From NCBI RefSeq assembly GCF_000400465.1, contig NW_008806285.1, forward strand, positions 144,001-206,000: DNA of 62,000 bases, written 5' to 3'. Under the pieces are notes generated by a model. That model was not told the DNA's origin. It worked only from the letters and a program-made list of their open reading frames with translations, and made no database searches. The DNA comes from Wallemia ichthyophaga EXF-994. Its lineage: Eukaryota; Fungi; Basidiomycota. Within the stretch, counting starts at the first letter, position 1; every line of letters begins with the position of its first letter. The translations under genes and the position numbers were made by a program. Below are positions 46,874-61,081 of this stretch, piece by piece.

Positions 46874-48494
46874 ATGAGCGATAGCTACACGAAAGACGAA
46901 TTGATCTCAATATTCAAGCAATTCAAATCTGATAAATCGAACAGAGTGTGCTTCGATTGTCCAGCTAAGAATCCAACTTGGGCATCTGCGACGTATGGCA
47001 TTTACATTTGCTTGGACTGCAGCTCAATACATAGGAATATGGGCGTACATCTGTCATTCGTTAGATCTACAACGCTTGATAGCTGGAATTCCCTGCAACT
47101 GCGTACGATGAGATGCGGTGGTAATCAATCTGCAGTGGATTTCTTCAATACCCACGCAGGAGGTCACTTGTTGAACGATTCAGACGTAAAAGCAAAATAT
47201 AACTCAGGAATTGCAAGATTATACAAGCAAGAACTCGCAAAGAGGGTTGAGAAAGACCACATTGAGTGAGTTTACTCGTTTCCGGTGTGCAAACACTCAT
47301 TCCTTATCTTTTATAAAGTTTTCCTGGGAAAGTCCTTGTCCCTGGCACTCAATCTGTTGCTAAACCTGAAAGTAGAGTTGAAGACGACTTCTTCAACAAC
47401 TGGGATAAGCCTTCCTCACCTGCCCCAGCTGCGGATCCGGCAAGCAAGCCAGCTGGACCTCCAACTATTGGCAGAACTGTCTCTCAAACTAGCGCGACTT
47501 CGATACCTTCAGACAGCACCGGGACTTCACCCCAAACTCAAGTTTCTCGACCTTCCTCAACTCCTAGAACAATCTCTTCAGCATCTCTTAGACAACCGTC
47601 CAGCTCAGCTCGCCCTGCAAAATCAACTTCAAAGCTCGGCGCATCCAAGTTTGGCGCAAAGAAAGCCTCAACTCCGTTCAACTACGATGAAGCTGAGAAG
47701 AAGGCTCAGTTGGAAAGTGAGAGATTGAAAGCAGCAGAATTGGAGGCTCATAAGCGTGCTGAAGAAGAAATGACCAAGCAAGCAGCTCAAGCTGAAGCAG
47801 ATGCTGCGGCTACTGCTATTTCTGCACAAAATGCTGAAAAGGCTCGTAAAGAGGCTAAGACCGCTAGTCCATCAGTAGAGAAGCTTGAACCACGAATGGC
47901 TAGACTTGGATTTGGTCAGACAACCGGTGCAAAGAGTACTCCTTCAGCCTCGACGTGAGTGCGTCGATTGTCTATCGACTTAGCTCACAAATACAGACCA
48001 AGCTTCAAATCAACTAAGGATGATGCACCAACTACGGCCAGAGACAAGTTTGGTGGTCAAAAAGGTGATTGAACCCTTACCATACCCACTGATTACTAAC
48101 TTATTCACAGCGATTTCATCTGATATGTACTTTGAACGCGGTAATTACGACGCAGACGAAAGTGCCGCTGCACAAGGCAGGCTCAGAGAGTTTAATGGAC
48201 AAACGGCCATCTCATCTGATGCCTATTTTGGAAGAGAACGGAACTCGTTTGACGAAGATGACCAAGCAAATGAAGGAATGCTCGGCAGTGGTGATACCTA
48301 TCAGCAACTTGAAGACACAGCGAGAGACTGGGCTCAAAGAGTTGCTGCAAACCCAGATGTTCAACAACTTGGAGAGGGAATACGTGCTGGTGCACTTAAA
48401 GTGAGTAGATATCGAAGCATTAGTTACATAACAAATACTAATGTAAATTCAGCTTTCAGACTACCTTGCATACTGGTCAACTGAACAACGCTAA
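46874..48494 (+). CDS. GLO3: ArfGAP Glo3 (ArfGAP2/3)
   Basis: [43 protein letters not shown]; Glo3 motif AISSDMYF / [10 protein letters not shown]. Confidence 0.93.
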
Positions 48495-48588
48495 GGGGTA
48501 AATTTTTTGTCTTATTCTTCATTTGTACCGCTTCATACCAACACATTCCAAAAAGATTGATTTTATTTAGGGCTGGATTCAAACGTCT

Positions 48589-49217
48589 ATGAAAGACGGA
48601 AAAGAATCGAAAGAGAGTACAATAAGGAATGGGAGATTTGCAAAGCTACGACCTATTCACGTCGAAAACGTTGGTGCGTTTGGAACTGAGAGTGATAAAA
48701 TAACAGGTTGAATATTGTATCGATAGGTACCGTCGCAAGAGATCACCTGGCATCCGAAAGAACATGGCTAAGCTATGTGCAAACGTCGTTGGCTATTGCG
48801 TCAATAGGAGTCGGTAGGTTTGTTGAATAACGCTTTAAAAATAATTGATCAAAAGAAAAACAGCAATTACACAACTGTTTGCTATTAAGCCAATAGATAA
48901 TGGCATTGCAGACGATTCAGTATCTCTAGGCAGTCAACAAAATCAAACGCGTGACAATTCGACGAAATACAACAATCCGCGTAATTTTTCGAGACCGCTG
49001 GGAACTATACTAATAGTATTTGGTATAATAGTGTTATTACATGGTGAATCTATCTGCTACACACTCTACGCTGCTTACAACGAATAAGGAATGCTAAGAT
49101 TCATTTTAATACAAACGGCTTTATTAGACGGAAAATTTCCAGTCTTATCTAGAATCGCACTCTTTACATTTACTTTATTACTCGCGCTTTTTTTTATTAC
49201 ATGTTTTGTACTTATAA
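48589..49217 (+). CDS. DUF202 membrane protein
   Basis: VENV/GTVARDHLASERTWLSYVQTSLAIASIGV signature plus two further hydrophobic helices; three introns. Confidence 0.85.
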
Positions 49218-49244
49218 TTATATCCCAGTAGCTAGCTTAAGTCG

Positions 49245-49916
49245 ATGAATCTTATTACACCAAAAACAGCGTTTAGACCAAATGACAAGATATCTTTAGC
49301 TATCTTAACACACGCATACAAGCCTTTAGGTGGTTCGAGTAAAGATTATCCACTTGCAATCATGGCAAGATGGCTCAAAGATGCTGGCTATTTCGTCATC
49401 CTCTATGACAGACAGTCGACTACCTGGACAGGTGATGCAGAGGTCAACGAGCTTGAGCATATTCTCAGAGATACTATCTTTACTCGTCTCTCAATTTTCA
49501 CATTATCGAAAGTAATCATTGGTGTACGTTTGTGATAGCAGTGAGAGCTATCTAATTTAGTGCAGGGATACAGTGCAGGCTCTCTGATTGCATCTAGATT
49601 GGCCAAACCGGACTGGATGGAATGTGAAGTCCAATATCTGCTCATATCACATCCCCTGTCAGTTTCTTGGGCGTTGAACTTATTCAGAGGAGCTCAGGCA
49701 CAGCAGTGCTTGCATAGAAATCTCAAACACTGCAAGATGCTTGCAATTTGGGGCACAAATGATCAATTCACTGGTGTTAATCAATACAGACAGTGGAATG
49801 ACGACTTACGCAGTAAATTCCCAAACACTTGGAGCTCAATAGAGGTTGGAGGTGCGGATCATTTCTGGAAGTCGCTTGATACTGTCTACAATAGATTTGT
49901 TGATTGGATTACATGA
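49245..49916 (+). CDS. Small alpha/beta-fold hydrolase
   Basis: THAYKPLGGS oxyanion region, nucleophile elbow GYSAG across an intron, GTNDQFT (Asp), GADHFW (His). Confidence 0.8.
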
Positions 49917-49949
49917 TTTAAAGATAACGATAAGCAAGAGATAATTGGA

Positions 49950-50454
49950 TTAAGCACCGTGCATTTTGATAGTTGCTTTTGGTACTCCCTGTTGTTGAGA
50001 AATGAGCAATTGATTGCGCTTGAAAGTCCCACTCACCTCCGATATCAGGAATTCTTGGATCTTGAAACGCTGATCACCTTGCAACTGGATAACTTGACCA
50101 AGTTCCTCATCGTCAACTATAGTACCGTTACAAGCGAACTCCTTTTTAAAAGCTTTCAAGATCTTTTTCAGATCGTATTCTGGTTATAAGGTATCTGATT
50201 AAACCAGGATTCAAATGAATATCCAAGACGTACCTTTAGGAATACCTTGAAGGGTTGTAAGTGTCTTACGACCATTTCTTTGTTGAATTCTAATGTGAAT
50301 GTAGTTTTGTTGGTTACCGACGTTGTTGGCTGACTCGCTGCCACCACCAAAGTCTTCGTCTACTGCGAATGGGTCTGTAATAAATATGAGTATTACCTAT
50401 CATGTCATTTAGTGTATTGTTACCATCTTTTGAGAAATTTTGGATTGTTGCCAT
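49950..50454 (-). CDS. SUI1: Translation initiation factor eIF1
   Basis: DPFA...IHIRIQQRNGRKTLTTLQG...KEFACNGTIV...IQLQGDQR; three introns. Confidence 0.97.
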
Positions 50455-50729
50455 CGTCAGAGTCTGTTGTCAGGATTCAAACTTGACGACTAAAGGGAAA
50501 TTGTGCGGTGAAAATGTGTATGAAATATATTCCAAACGATAGCAATGGTGCAGTGTGTGTTTTTCACGCTTTGTATTTCAGTATTGAGTGTCTTCTGTGA
50601 TTGGTTGGAGGTTAGATATACTCAGAGATACGCAAAAGAACCGGTAGCAAGTGAGGGATGTACGATTACCGGAATTATTGATGTGTTTTCCTCAAGTTTA
50701 TTTCTTAAATTCAAACGACCATCTCGTCT

Positions 50730-52137
50730 ATGCACGACTTCACCAAATCTTTGAACAACAGAGAGAAGCTGCTGCTTTGCCAGTATATCAATGAGCACAA
50801 CTTTAATTGGAACCTAATACCACGCTCCCTGTCAAGTCATCCACTCCTTCTATCCAGGTCACCGGGATTTTTCACTTCAGATGTTGGTACAGAGGACGCA
50901 ATAGAAGCCCAGCTGACTGTTCGTAGAGTTGTAAAGTCGCTTATAACGATCTTTTACTGGAATTGGAACTCGAAGCGTAAGTTACGAAAAGACGCAAAGC
51001 ATTTCTCACGAAATAGCAGTGATAACACAAAATACTCAAAGGATTTGCAATGTTGGTGGTTTTTTTTACGGAGAAACAAACAATCTGATCGTTTTACAGC
51101 TCGACCGCAACTGAAGTTAGCGAAAAAGTACTTCAAATTGCATGTTGACGAGATCAAGCAATCCATATGGCAGCAAGAGCGCGACTTTAGAGCTGTGCTG
51201 CAAGATCTGCATAACATGAAGAATAATCAAGCTGAGACATCACAAGAATCCAGTACACGCAAAGAAGCTTCACCTCGACCACCTATTCATAGCGAACGAG
51301 ATAACCAAGAACCAGAAGTTCTACAGGAGAGACTCACATCAAAGGAATCAGCTTCGCGAGAACCAAATCCGAAAGAACAAACACCTGAGGAAGCAGTTGT
51401 TCAGGAACTTGAATCAGAACCACCATTACAGATTAAAGAGTCACAAGACGGTGATGCTGCGATGAACCAATTACCAGAAGAGCATGCGACAAACGATTCC
51501 AATACAAATGATCCCGAAGAAGCAACGCCGAGAGAGCCTGATTCACCTGCTAAAGAAGTTATCGCCGATACACCAAAGAGCTCTGAGGATATGCAGGTGG
51601 ATATGAAGCCAGAGGAAGTCAGAGAGACACGTAGAACATCAAAGAGGAAGAGTGCAGCGGTTGAGAACACCAACAAGAGGTCTCCAGCCACACCGAATGA
51701 AACACCAGAAGATACGGCGAATGCGAATAGCAAGCGTAGAAAGTCTACGCTGGATGACACACAAAGAAAAACACAGAAGGTGCTTCTGCTGTGTCTACAG
51801 GATATTACAACCCACAAAGCAGGTATAGTTTTTGAACAACCAATAAGGGCAAATGAAGCGCCAGGATACCACGATGTTGTTTATTCACCAACAGATCTCA
51901 CAACTATAAAGAGAAAAATACGTGATGGACAGATAACATCAGCACAGCAATTCAAAGCCAACGTGCTTTTGATGTTCGCGAATAGCATAATGTACAATCC
52001 ACCATCGAGTGATGTACATGAGATGGCGCAAGAGGTGAGTGATTAAAGATGGCATGAAGGACTAATTAAATGGTTGAATACAGATGATGAAATCAAGCGA
52101 GAACCTAATAACAGAATTTCTATCAAACTACGAATGA
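50730..52137 (+). CDS. Bromodomain protein, BRD8/Bdc1-like (NuA4/SWR1-associated)
   Basis: N-terminal EKLLLCQ...W...HPLL.RS..FF; acidic linker; bromodomain FEQPIRANEAPGYHDVVYSPTDLTTIKRKI...MFANSIMYN. Confidence 0.75.
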
Positions 52138-52376
52138 TGAATGTAAAGTAAATGTATGTTGTAAATTAGTGTGTCAGCTGGACTCAGGGAGTGATGTCAC
52201 TCGGTATGTAAACTCTACAAAGAGACGGTAAGTTGGTGTATAAATGAGTTTACATGTAAATTTAAAGTAAAATTCAAATATTGCAGATTGTCCATTTTCG
52301 TTTAACGCGTTGCGGTGCCCGAATCCACGCGCGTCCACGGCTCTTGCTTTAAATCATTGCAACGATAAAATATTAA

Positions 52377-55300
52377 ATGGGGGATTTCTCACCCAGCAGG
52401 TATGATACAAAGACATCGAGGTCGTCTCCATTCGCATATCAGCAGAGAATATTAGAAAGGACTTCGTCTTCACAGCGCAAGCCATCAAACTCTTCTTTAC
52501 AGCAGTCGACGCCGCTAGCATCTCCAAAGCCAACGTTCCTAGATGGCATCTCCCATAGAACTCCATCGGGTAGTCTCTCTAGGCACAAATCATCGCACAG
52601 CGTAGGCGATGTAGCCAGCAAATGGGAAGCCAGATCTCAATCGGACAAGTCCACAGTTCCATTTCCAAACTACCCGAGTCGCTCTCCATCTCCAACCAAA
52701 TCCTCTCCAAACAAGTCTTCTCTCCCTTCTTCTGTATTCACTCCTTTCTCTCATGGCAATCATCCTCCGTCACCTACTCCTGAGAAGACGCCTTCTATTC
52801 GCAGGTCAAGGCCTTTATCTCTACAAAGCACTCCTGATCTTGCCAAGAGCTCCGTTGGTGCCCTCAAAGAACTCGGTTCTTCTCAATCTGTTTACCGCAC
52901 CAATTCTCTTTCCAGAGCTAGATCTATTGACTTGGAGGCTGAGAAACAAAAGGCCTCTGAGCAACCTTCCCCCACTAAGTCTGAAAGCGGTCACAGTATA
53001 CTTGGTCGTGGCACTGCTCCAAGCTATAGAGCAAAATCCGGTGCTCACCTTGGCCGTATCACAAGTGGTGATGCTGAGAATGATTGGGACGAGAATGACA
53101 AACCTGGTGGCTGGGACAAGGATCAGAGAAGCTCTCTCAAAGATGATTCTTTTCATTTACCTGGTATTACAGACATGAGTGAGCAGGTGGTCGGTTTACC
53201 AGGCAGAGTACGTCTATCAAGAACTGGATCACTCACCGAGGGCTCAAGGAACGCTGCGGGCCTCAGGCGCACGAATGCCGTTAAGAATTCGAGCCTCTCT
53301 CCTACCAGAGCATCACAAAACTCTTCAGTCATGTCTCGCACGCAGTACATGACTTTAGACAAACAGCGTCACCTTCTCGCAGCTTACGAGTATCTTTGCC
53401 ACATCTCTGAGGCTATTAGATGGATCGAGGATTGCCTTGAAGGATCACTTGAAATGGATGAAGTTCAGGCAGAAGACGGACTCCGAGACGGTATAGTTCT
53501 CTTCAGATTAGCAAGTGTTTGGGGCTTTGGTGAAGGGATGGAGGATGGGCATATTGGCTGGAACGGCATAAGAAAGAACTACACAGGAAACAGACGTCTT
53601 TTCATGGTAAGTTGAGTACGTCTTAGTAATCAATTCTTGCTAACCCTAAAGTAGCATCCAAACATTCGACACTTTAAATACGTCGATAACATTAACTACT
53701 TCTTCGAGTTTATCAGGCGCATCAGTTTACCTGAAGTGAGTGTTGCTTTTTCGTCATTCAAACATTTTAATTCTTCCAGCTGTTCACGTTCGAAACAACT
53801 GATCTCTATGAAAAGAAAAACATCCCGAAAGTAATCTACTGTCTCCATGCATTGAGTTATCTTCTTGCTGGACGAGGTGTTGCTCCACGCATTGGCGCTC
53901 TGAAGGGTCAACTTGAGTTTACTGGTGAGCGCATTGTTTTATAATGGATACAGTTTATTTACGGTCTCATAGACGATCAGCTTCGCCAGACTCAGAAGAA
54001 TCTTGATGCTTCCAACGTCCCAATGCCAAATTTCGGTGGATTGGCTTCAACATTTGGGGATCCTGAACCAATACAAGAACCAGAGCCCGTCGAATCAGAA
54101 GAAGACCGCATAGCTAGAGAGCTCTTTGACGTCGAAGGAACAATCGTTACATTGCAGGCTCAAGCAAGAGGCTACCTCACGAGACTGCAAGTTTCGAGCC
54201 TCAAAATAAAAATGAAGCTGAACAAGAAGATTATCACTGTCGTTCAAGCAAGATGCAGAGGTAAAATTACGAGATCTCGCTTGTCTAGCCTACGTGAGAG
54301 GCGCTCAGGATCTGCTATGAAGTGGGTCGTGCCTCTTCAAGCAATTGCAAGACAGAAGCTTGTTCGTGATGAACAAAAAGATATAAAGAAGTACTTGATG
54401 ATTTGCAAACCCGCTGTTACTGCCCTACAGGCACAAGCTCGTGGTCTACTTTCCCGAAAAAAGTATGTAAACAAGCTGCATATTATATATCGCCAGAATC
54501 GCACTGGTGTTTATCAGGGCTTACAAGCTCAATGTCGCGGTTTGCTTGCAATTAGCTCATTCAGAAAGTGTAAAAGCGCTCTGAACAACCGTGCTGAGCT
54601 TCAGCGGGCTCTTCTTATACAATCTAGCTGTCGTGGGTATTTGGTTAAATCAAAGTATACCGAGTATTTGGATAGTATTACAGAGCAAGTTCCTGTCTAC
54701 ACAGCTGTTCAAGCTGCTTGTCGTTCGAAAGCCAGCAGAAGCAAGTATCAATCAAAGTTGAAAGACGTGATGAAGTCATCACAAAATTTTGTTCATTTAC
54801 AGGCACACTCGCGTGGGATTATTTTTAGAAGAAAGCACAGAAAGCTTAATAACGCTCTCAAAAGCGCATCGACTACCCAATCGGTTGTATCAATACAGTC
54901 ACATGCCAGAGCGTTAATCGCGAGACAGGAAAATGAATCATTCCGAGCACAACTGGAATCGCTATTTGGTGCACATGTTAAAATACAGGCATGTTCTAGA
55001 GGAGCTAATGTTAGAGATCAATGTGAAAGTATATTAGCATACTTGGATGATAACTACAAAAGTATTATATCAGTACAGTCCCTCTCTCGCACGAAGCTCA
55101 TTCATGATAGATACAATTACTTGAACTCGTTACTTGAGCAGTCTTCAATTTCCACATTACAGTTGCAAAGTCAATGCAGGGGTTTCCTTGTCAGAAAGTC
55201 CAATGAACAGCTGAAAGCTGAACTTTCGGACGATTCTAAATTGAGTTCTATCTGTCAAATTCAATCCCTTGGACGTGCGACTCTGGTAAGACGATCTATC

Positions 55301-58189
55301 TGGAACATCTTCCAAGAGCTGGAATCAATGGAGGGTGAAATAGTCAAATGCCAAGCACAGTCTAGGGGCTGCTTGATACGCAAAGATCAGACTATGTGGA
55401 AACGCCATCTTCAAGTATCACAACCTCAAGCTGTCAATCTTCAGTCAGTCTTGCGTGCTTACGTTCAAAGGCAGAAATTCGGTGAGAAGAAGACTCATTA
55501 TCGTGCAAACAAGGAGAAGATAGTGAAGGTTCAGGCCTTATATCGTGGTAAGGAGAAGAGGGAGCAGTTCAAAGAACTCACTATGGGTAATAATGTTCCT
55601 TTGAACACGGTCAAAGAGTTTGTCCACTTACTTGACGACTCTGATTATGACTTTGATGAAGAAATTGAATTGGTAGATGTGCGTAAGAAGGTCCTTGAAT
55701 CAATAAGAGAAACGCAAGCACTGGAATCACACGTAGATGAACTAGACGTCAAAATTGCTTTGGTTGTTAAGAACGCACTCTCGTTTGATGAACTGGTCCG
55801 TGCCGCTAAAGGCCGCACAGTCGCTTCAAGTACTCTCAATCGAAATGGAAGCGTGTTGACAGCAGCTGGTGATCCATTTAGTCCTGGAAAAATGGATAAG
55901 CAAACAATAAGAAGACTTGAGCTATATCAACAGCTGTTTTGGAGGCTGCAAAACCAACCAGAGTATCTCGCACGTCTCTTCTATAATATGAGCAGAACGG
56001 AGGTGTCTGATAAGAACCGTCGTTTGATCGAAAATGTTATCATGACCTTATTTGGTTACACTCAATCAGCTCGCGAGGAGTACTTATTTTTGAAAGTTAT
56101 GCAAAGATCGATGCATGAGGAAATTGCATCAGCTAGGCAATTGTCAGACGTTGTTAGGGGTTCATTCACTTGGGTTAAGATGTTTTTGCTTTATCTACGT
56201 GGTCCTGAAAGAAAAACCTATCTAAAGCAAGCACTTGGACCTAGAATCTCAGAGATCACGTCATTAGAATCATTTGATCTTGAAACAGATCCAGTTATTA
56301 TTTGGAAACAAATAATAAACTATCAAGAGTTAGAGAGTGGTAAACCGAGCGACAAGAAGAAAGACGTGACTTATGAAGAAGCTATATCTGATTCTGACAC
56401 AAGAGTAACCTTCATCCATCACCTTCAGCAGCTTAGACACGCTACAGAGCATTTCCGCGGAGATATTCAGAAGTCAACAAAGAAGATGCCTTATGGATTG
56501 AGATTTATTGCTCGTGAATTGTACTTGGCTCTCCGCATCAAATTCAAGAACGAGAGTGAGGAAGCATGTAATAGAATCATAGGGCAACTTATCTATTACA
56601 GATATATTCAGCCAGCAATTGTCACTCCAGAGACATTCGATGTTGTTCCAAAAGTGCTTGACCCACTACAGAGGAAAAATCTCAATGAGATTGCAAAGAT
56701 GCTTACTCAATTGGCTATGGGTGAAGTATTTAGTGATGAAAATACATACCTTACTCCTCTAAATGACTACATTATGGATGCTTCATCTAAATTCATCCCT
56801 TGGTTTGGTCAAGGTACGTTCTAATCGCTACAAAGACTATTTCTAACATTCATAGTCGCTGATGCTGTTGATGCCGAGACATACTTTAATGCAGGCGAGT
56901 TCTTGGAGTACAACACCACAAGAAAACCTTCAATTCATATATCACCAAGCGAAATCTATGATGTTCACTCCCTTCTCAACCAGAATTTGGATCGCATTGC
57001 CCCCACAAGAGAGGATCCACTACGTGCAATTTTATTGGAACTTGGTGGCCCACCATTACCAGCTCAAGGAGAGCTGTATGAGGCACGCAAGAGAGCAATT
57101 TCATTGACACTCACCAACCGCAATACTCAAGTTGACAATCCAAATGACCCACAAACGCATAAGAAACAACTCTGGCTTCAAACTAAGCGTCTAGTCTTAG
57201 CCGTTTTAAGAATACAACCTGAGCGAACCTTGACCCAATCTTTCATCTCTGAAGTTACTAAAGAGCACGAAGCGCAATGGCAATTGTTCGTACAAAAGGA
57301 AGCTTTAATAGAGAGATCTAGAATAACTGGAGCAGGAGATACAGTGTCACCATTCTTAGGATCGGGTTATAAGATAAACGACATCAGACAAATGAACTAT
57401 ACGGAAGTCAAAGCTAGAGCTATAGAATACTGTTTACAATTAGAGAAGATTGGCGAAATTTCGAGGAAAGACAACTACCAGAGTGTGCTAAATGCAATTG
57501 CAGTTGATGTCAGAAGTCGTAATAGAAAGAGAATTCAAAGGCAAAAGGAGTTGAGCAGCATGGAGAACACATTGAAGATACTGGAAGAAAAGAAAGAGTA
57601 TCTTCTAACACAGCAAGATGCTTTCAACTCATATATAGAGACCTCCATGCAGTAAGTTGATATCTCACGTGATGTAACTGGACTGACTGTATGTAGAACT
57701 ATGCAAAAGAAGGGCAAAAAACGGTTTGTCTTACCATTCACTAAACAGTGGTCTCATTTGAGAGACTTGAAACACACCGGTAAAAAATTTAAATTCGGTT
57801 CATATAAGTATGCTGCACAAGAGTAAGTTTTTTATTGTCTTTGTTATATCACTGACACACATTAGGCTTTACAATCGCGGACTTTTATTATCAATCAGTC
57901 AAGTATCTCCAAGACAATACGACGGCATTTTCCTTACTTTCAGCTCGGATGAAATAGGTGTATTTAAGATAGACCTGAATATCGCTGGAGAGCAGAATGC
58001 TATGGCTAGTGAAGACGTAAGACTGGAAGATATGCTGCAGATGCAGTTTGAGAATAAGAGTTCAATTGCAATTTGCCAAGGAAACGTCAAGTGTAACTTG
58101 AATGTTCTATTATTCCAGTTGTATAAGAAGTGAGAAGAGTTTTATTTCTACGATGCTAAATACTAACGAAGCAAAGGTTTTATCAATAG
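52377..58189 (+). CDS. IQG1: IQGAP cytokinesis scaffold (Iqg1/Rng2)
   Basis: CH domain (AYEYLCHISEAIRWIE, DGLRDGIVL), many IQ motifs (LQAQARGYL), GRD (LQNQPEYLARL, YYRYIQPAIVTPE), RasGAP_C; about 7 introns. Confidence 0.95.
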
Positions 58190-58420
58190 AACGCATATAC
58201 AATTGTCAATATATTTCTTTTAATCTTGTACTGTTGTAATTCCATCTAAATTTGCATTCAATGTTATGCATCCAACCAATTAAATAGTCAGTATATCTCA
58301 AAACACACGCTCTGCACCATAAAATCAGGATTAGACCTATTTAGGACACTGCATAACAATCATCATGTATATACACCGCTGAAATTTCATTTCGTAAGCC
58401 ATATATTCTAAGAAGTAAAT

Positions 58421-59413
58421 TTATTGAGGATTGGGTGTTACATTCCAAGGACCAGGATCCTAAAGGTTAGGTTAGACTGGATAGCGAGATGGATGTTGCA
58501 CTTACTGAAAATATGTTGTCTTCGCTCTTACCTCCAAAGTCTTTAGGTAAGTTCTCTGCTGGGATTTGCTTGAGCAATTCATCCTTGTAGGATTTGCCAA
58601 GAATCACAATCTTGGAGACGGTCACTGGGTCTAACCATCCCTTAACTACGCTCCAGACAGTAGTGAAGAGAAATGGAGCATTGATAATGTAGAATTTACC
58701 CATGGTTTCAGGGCTATTTTGCGGTTTGTGAGACCATTGCCAAATCTCTATGTCTTCACTCACTAGTAATTTTGGCCGATGTTGCTAGCTTGTGCGACAT
58801 AGTCTTTAACATCGTAGAAGCTCTTTATTCCGACGTTGTGCATGTCAAGGATAGTGCAAGAAGTTTCAATGTGCTTGCCTGATGCTTTAGAGCAAGCTGG
58901 GAATCTAGAGTCAAAGCACTTCTCGTACTCGTAAACGAGATGCTTGAGCATGCGCTCAGCTGTGGTAGCCTTATAAAGTTCTGGGACGTTGAGGTATCCG
59001 AGTCTTTCAATATAAACGGGTCTGCCATCCTGTGGAATGTTAAAATGTCACTTAAAAAGGAAATAACGAACTTTATCAGTTTTGTAGTAGAACTTTGGGT
59101 AGTACTTGTTGATAATTTCTAATTCTTTTTGATCAAATTCCGATCTGCTTAAATGTTAACGGGTGTGCAACATGACCAACTGTCACACCAACTCTTTGAT
59201 AGCGTCGACGTTGAACTCTTTTCTCCACTTCTCAGCAGCGTCAAGCATTTCTTCAGCCTTTGCAACATCGAATTTCCTAGCTCTAAGGAATCTAAGGAGA
59301 CATCTATCGTCATGTCTCTTTTCGTTGAAATATTCCTTCGACTTGATAGTCTCCCTGAATTGGTTTAATCCCTGCTTTTGCTCTGCGCTCAAGTCTTCCA
59401 AAGTACCCGACAT
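58421..59413 (-). CDS. SEC14: Phosphatidylinositol/PC transfer protein
   Basis: [71 protein letters not shown]. Confidence 0.96.
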
Positions 59414-59528
59414 GATGGTTGATTGTAAATATCAGAACATCGCGCAGTAATATCGATATAAAGACAAAAATTTACAATTAACTAAACAATTAGATTTAAA
59501 CGCTTATCTACACTTAATAGCTCTATGA

Positions 59529-60886
<1,358 letters not shown>

Positions 60887-61081
60887 TCATGCTCGTCTTT
60901 TCGTCAAAGAAGAATCGCTCTTAGCTCCGTGCTGCGGGATGAAAATTTGATTTGACGGGCACGCGAAATACATCAGCGGTAGCCATCATCGCCCTCGGTT
61001 CCTCAATGAAACATTTTACCGATCGGCATTAAGACAACTTTAACCTCGTGGGATCAGCATAAATTATCACTATACGTAAAA

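Noticed and set aside
6919-59413. Possible lipid or membrane cluster (OLE1, PEBP, PSD2, COQ7, lipoate ligase, SEC14)
   Set aside because: Genes are scattered among unrelated housekeeping genes, with no shared pathway or contiguity
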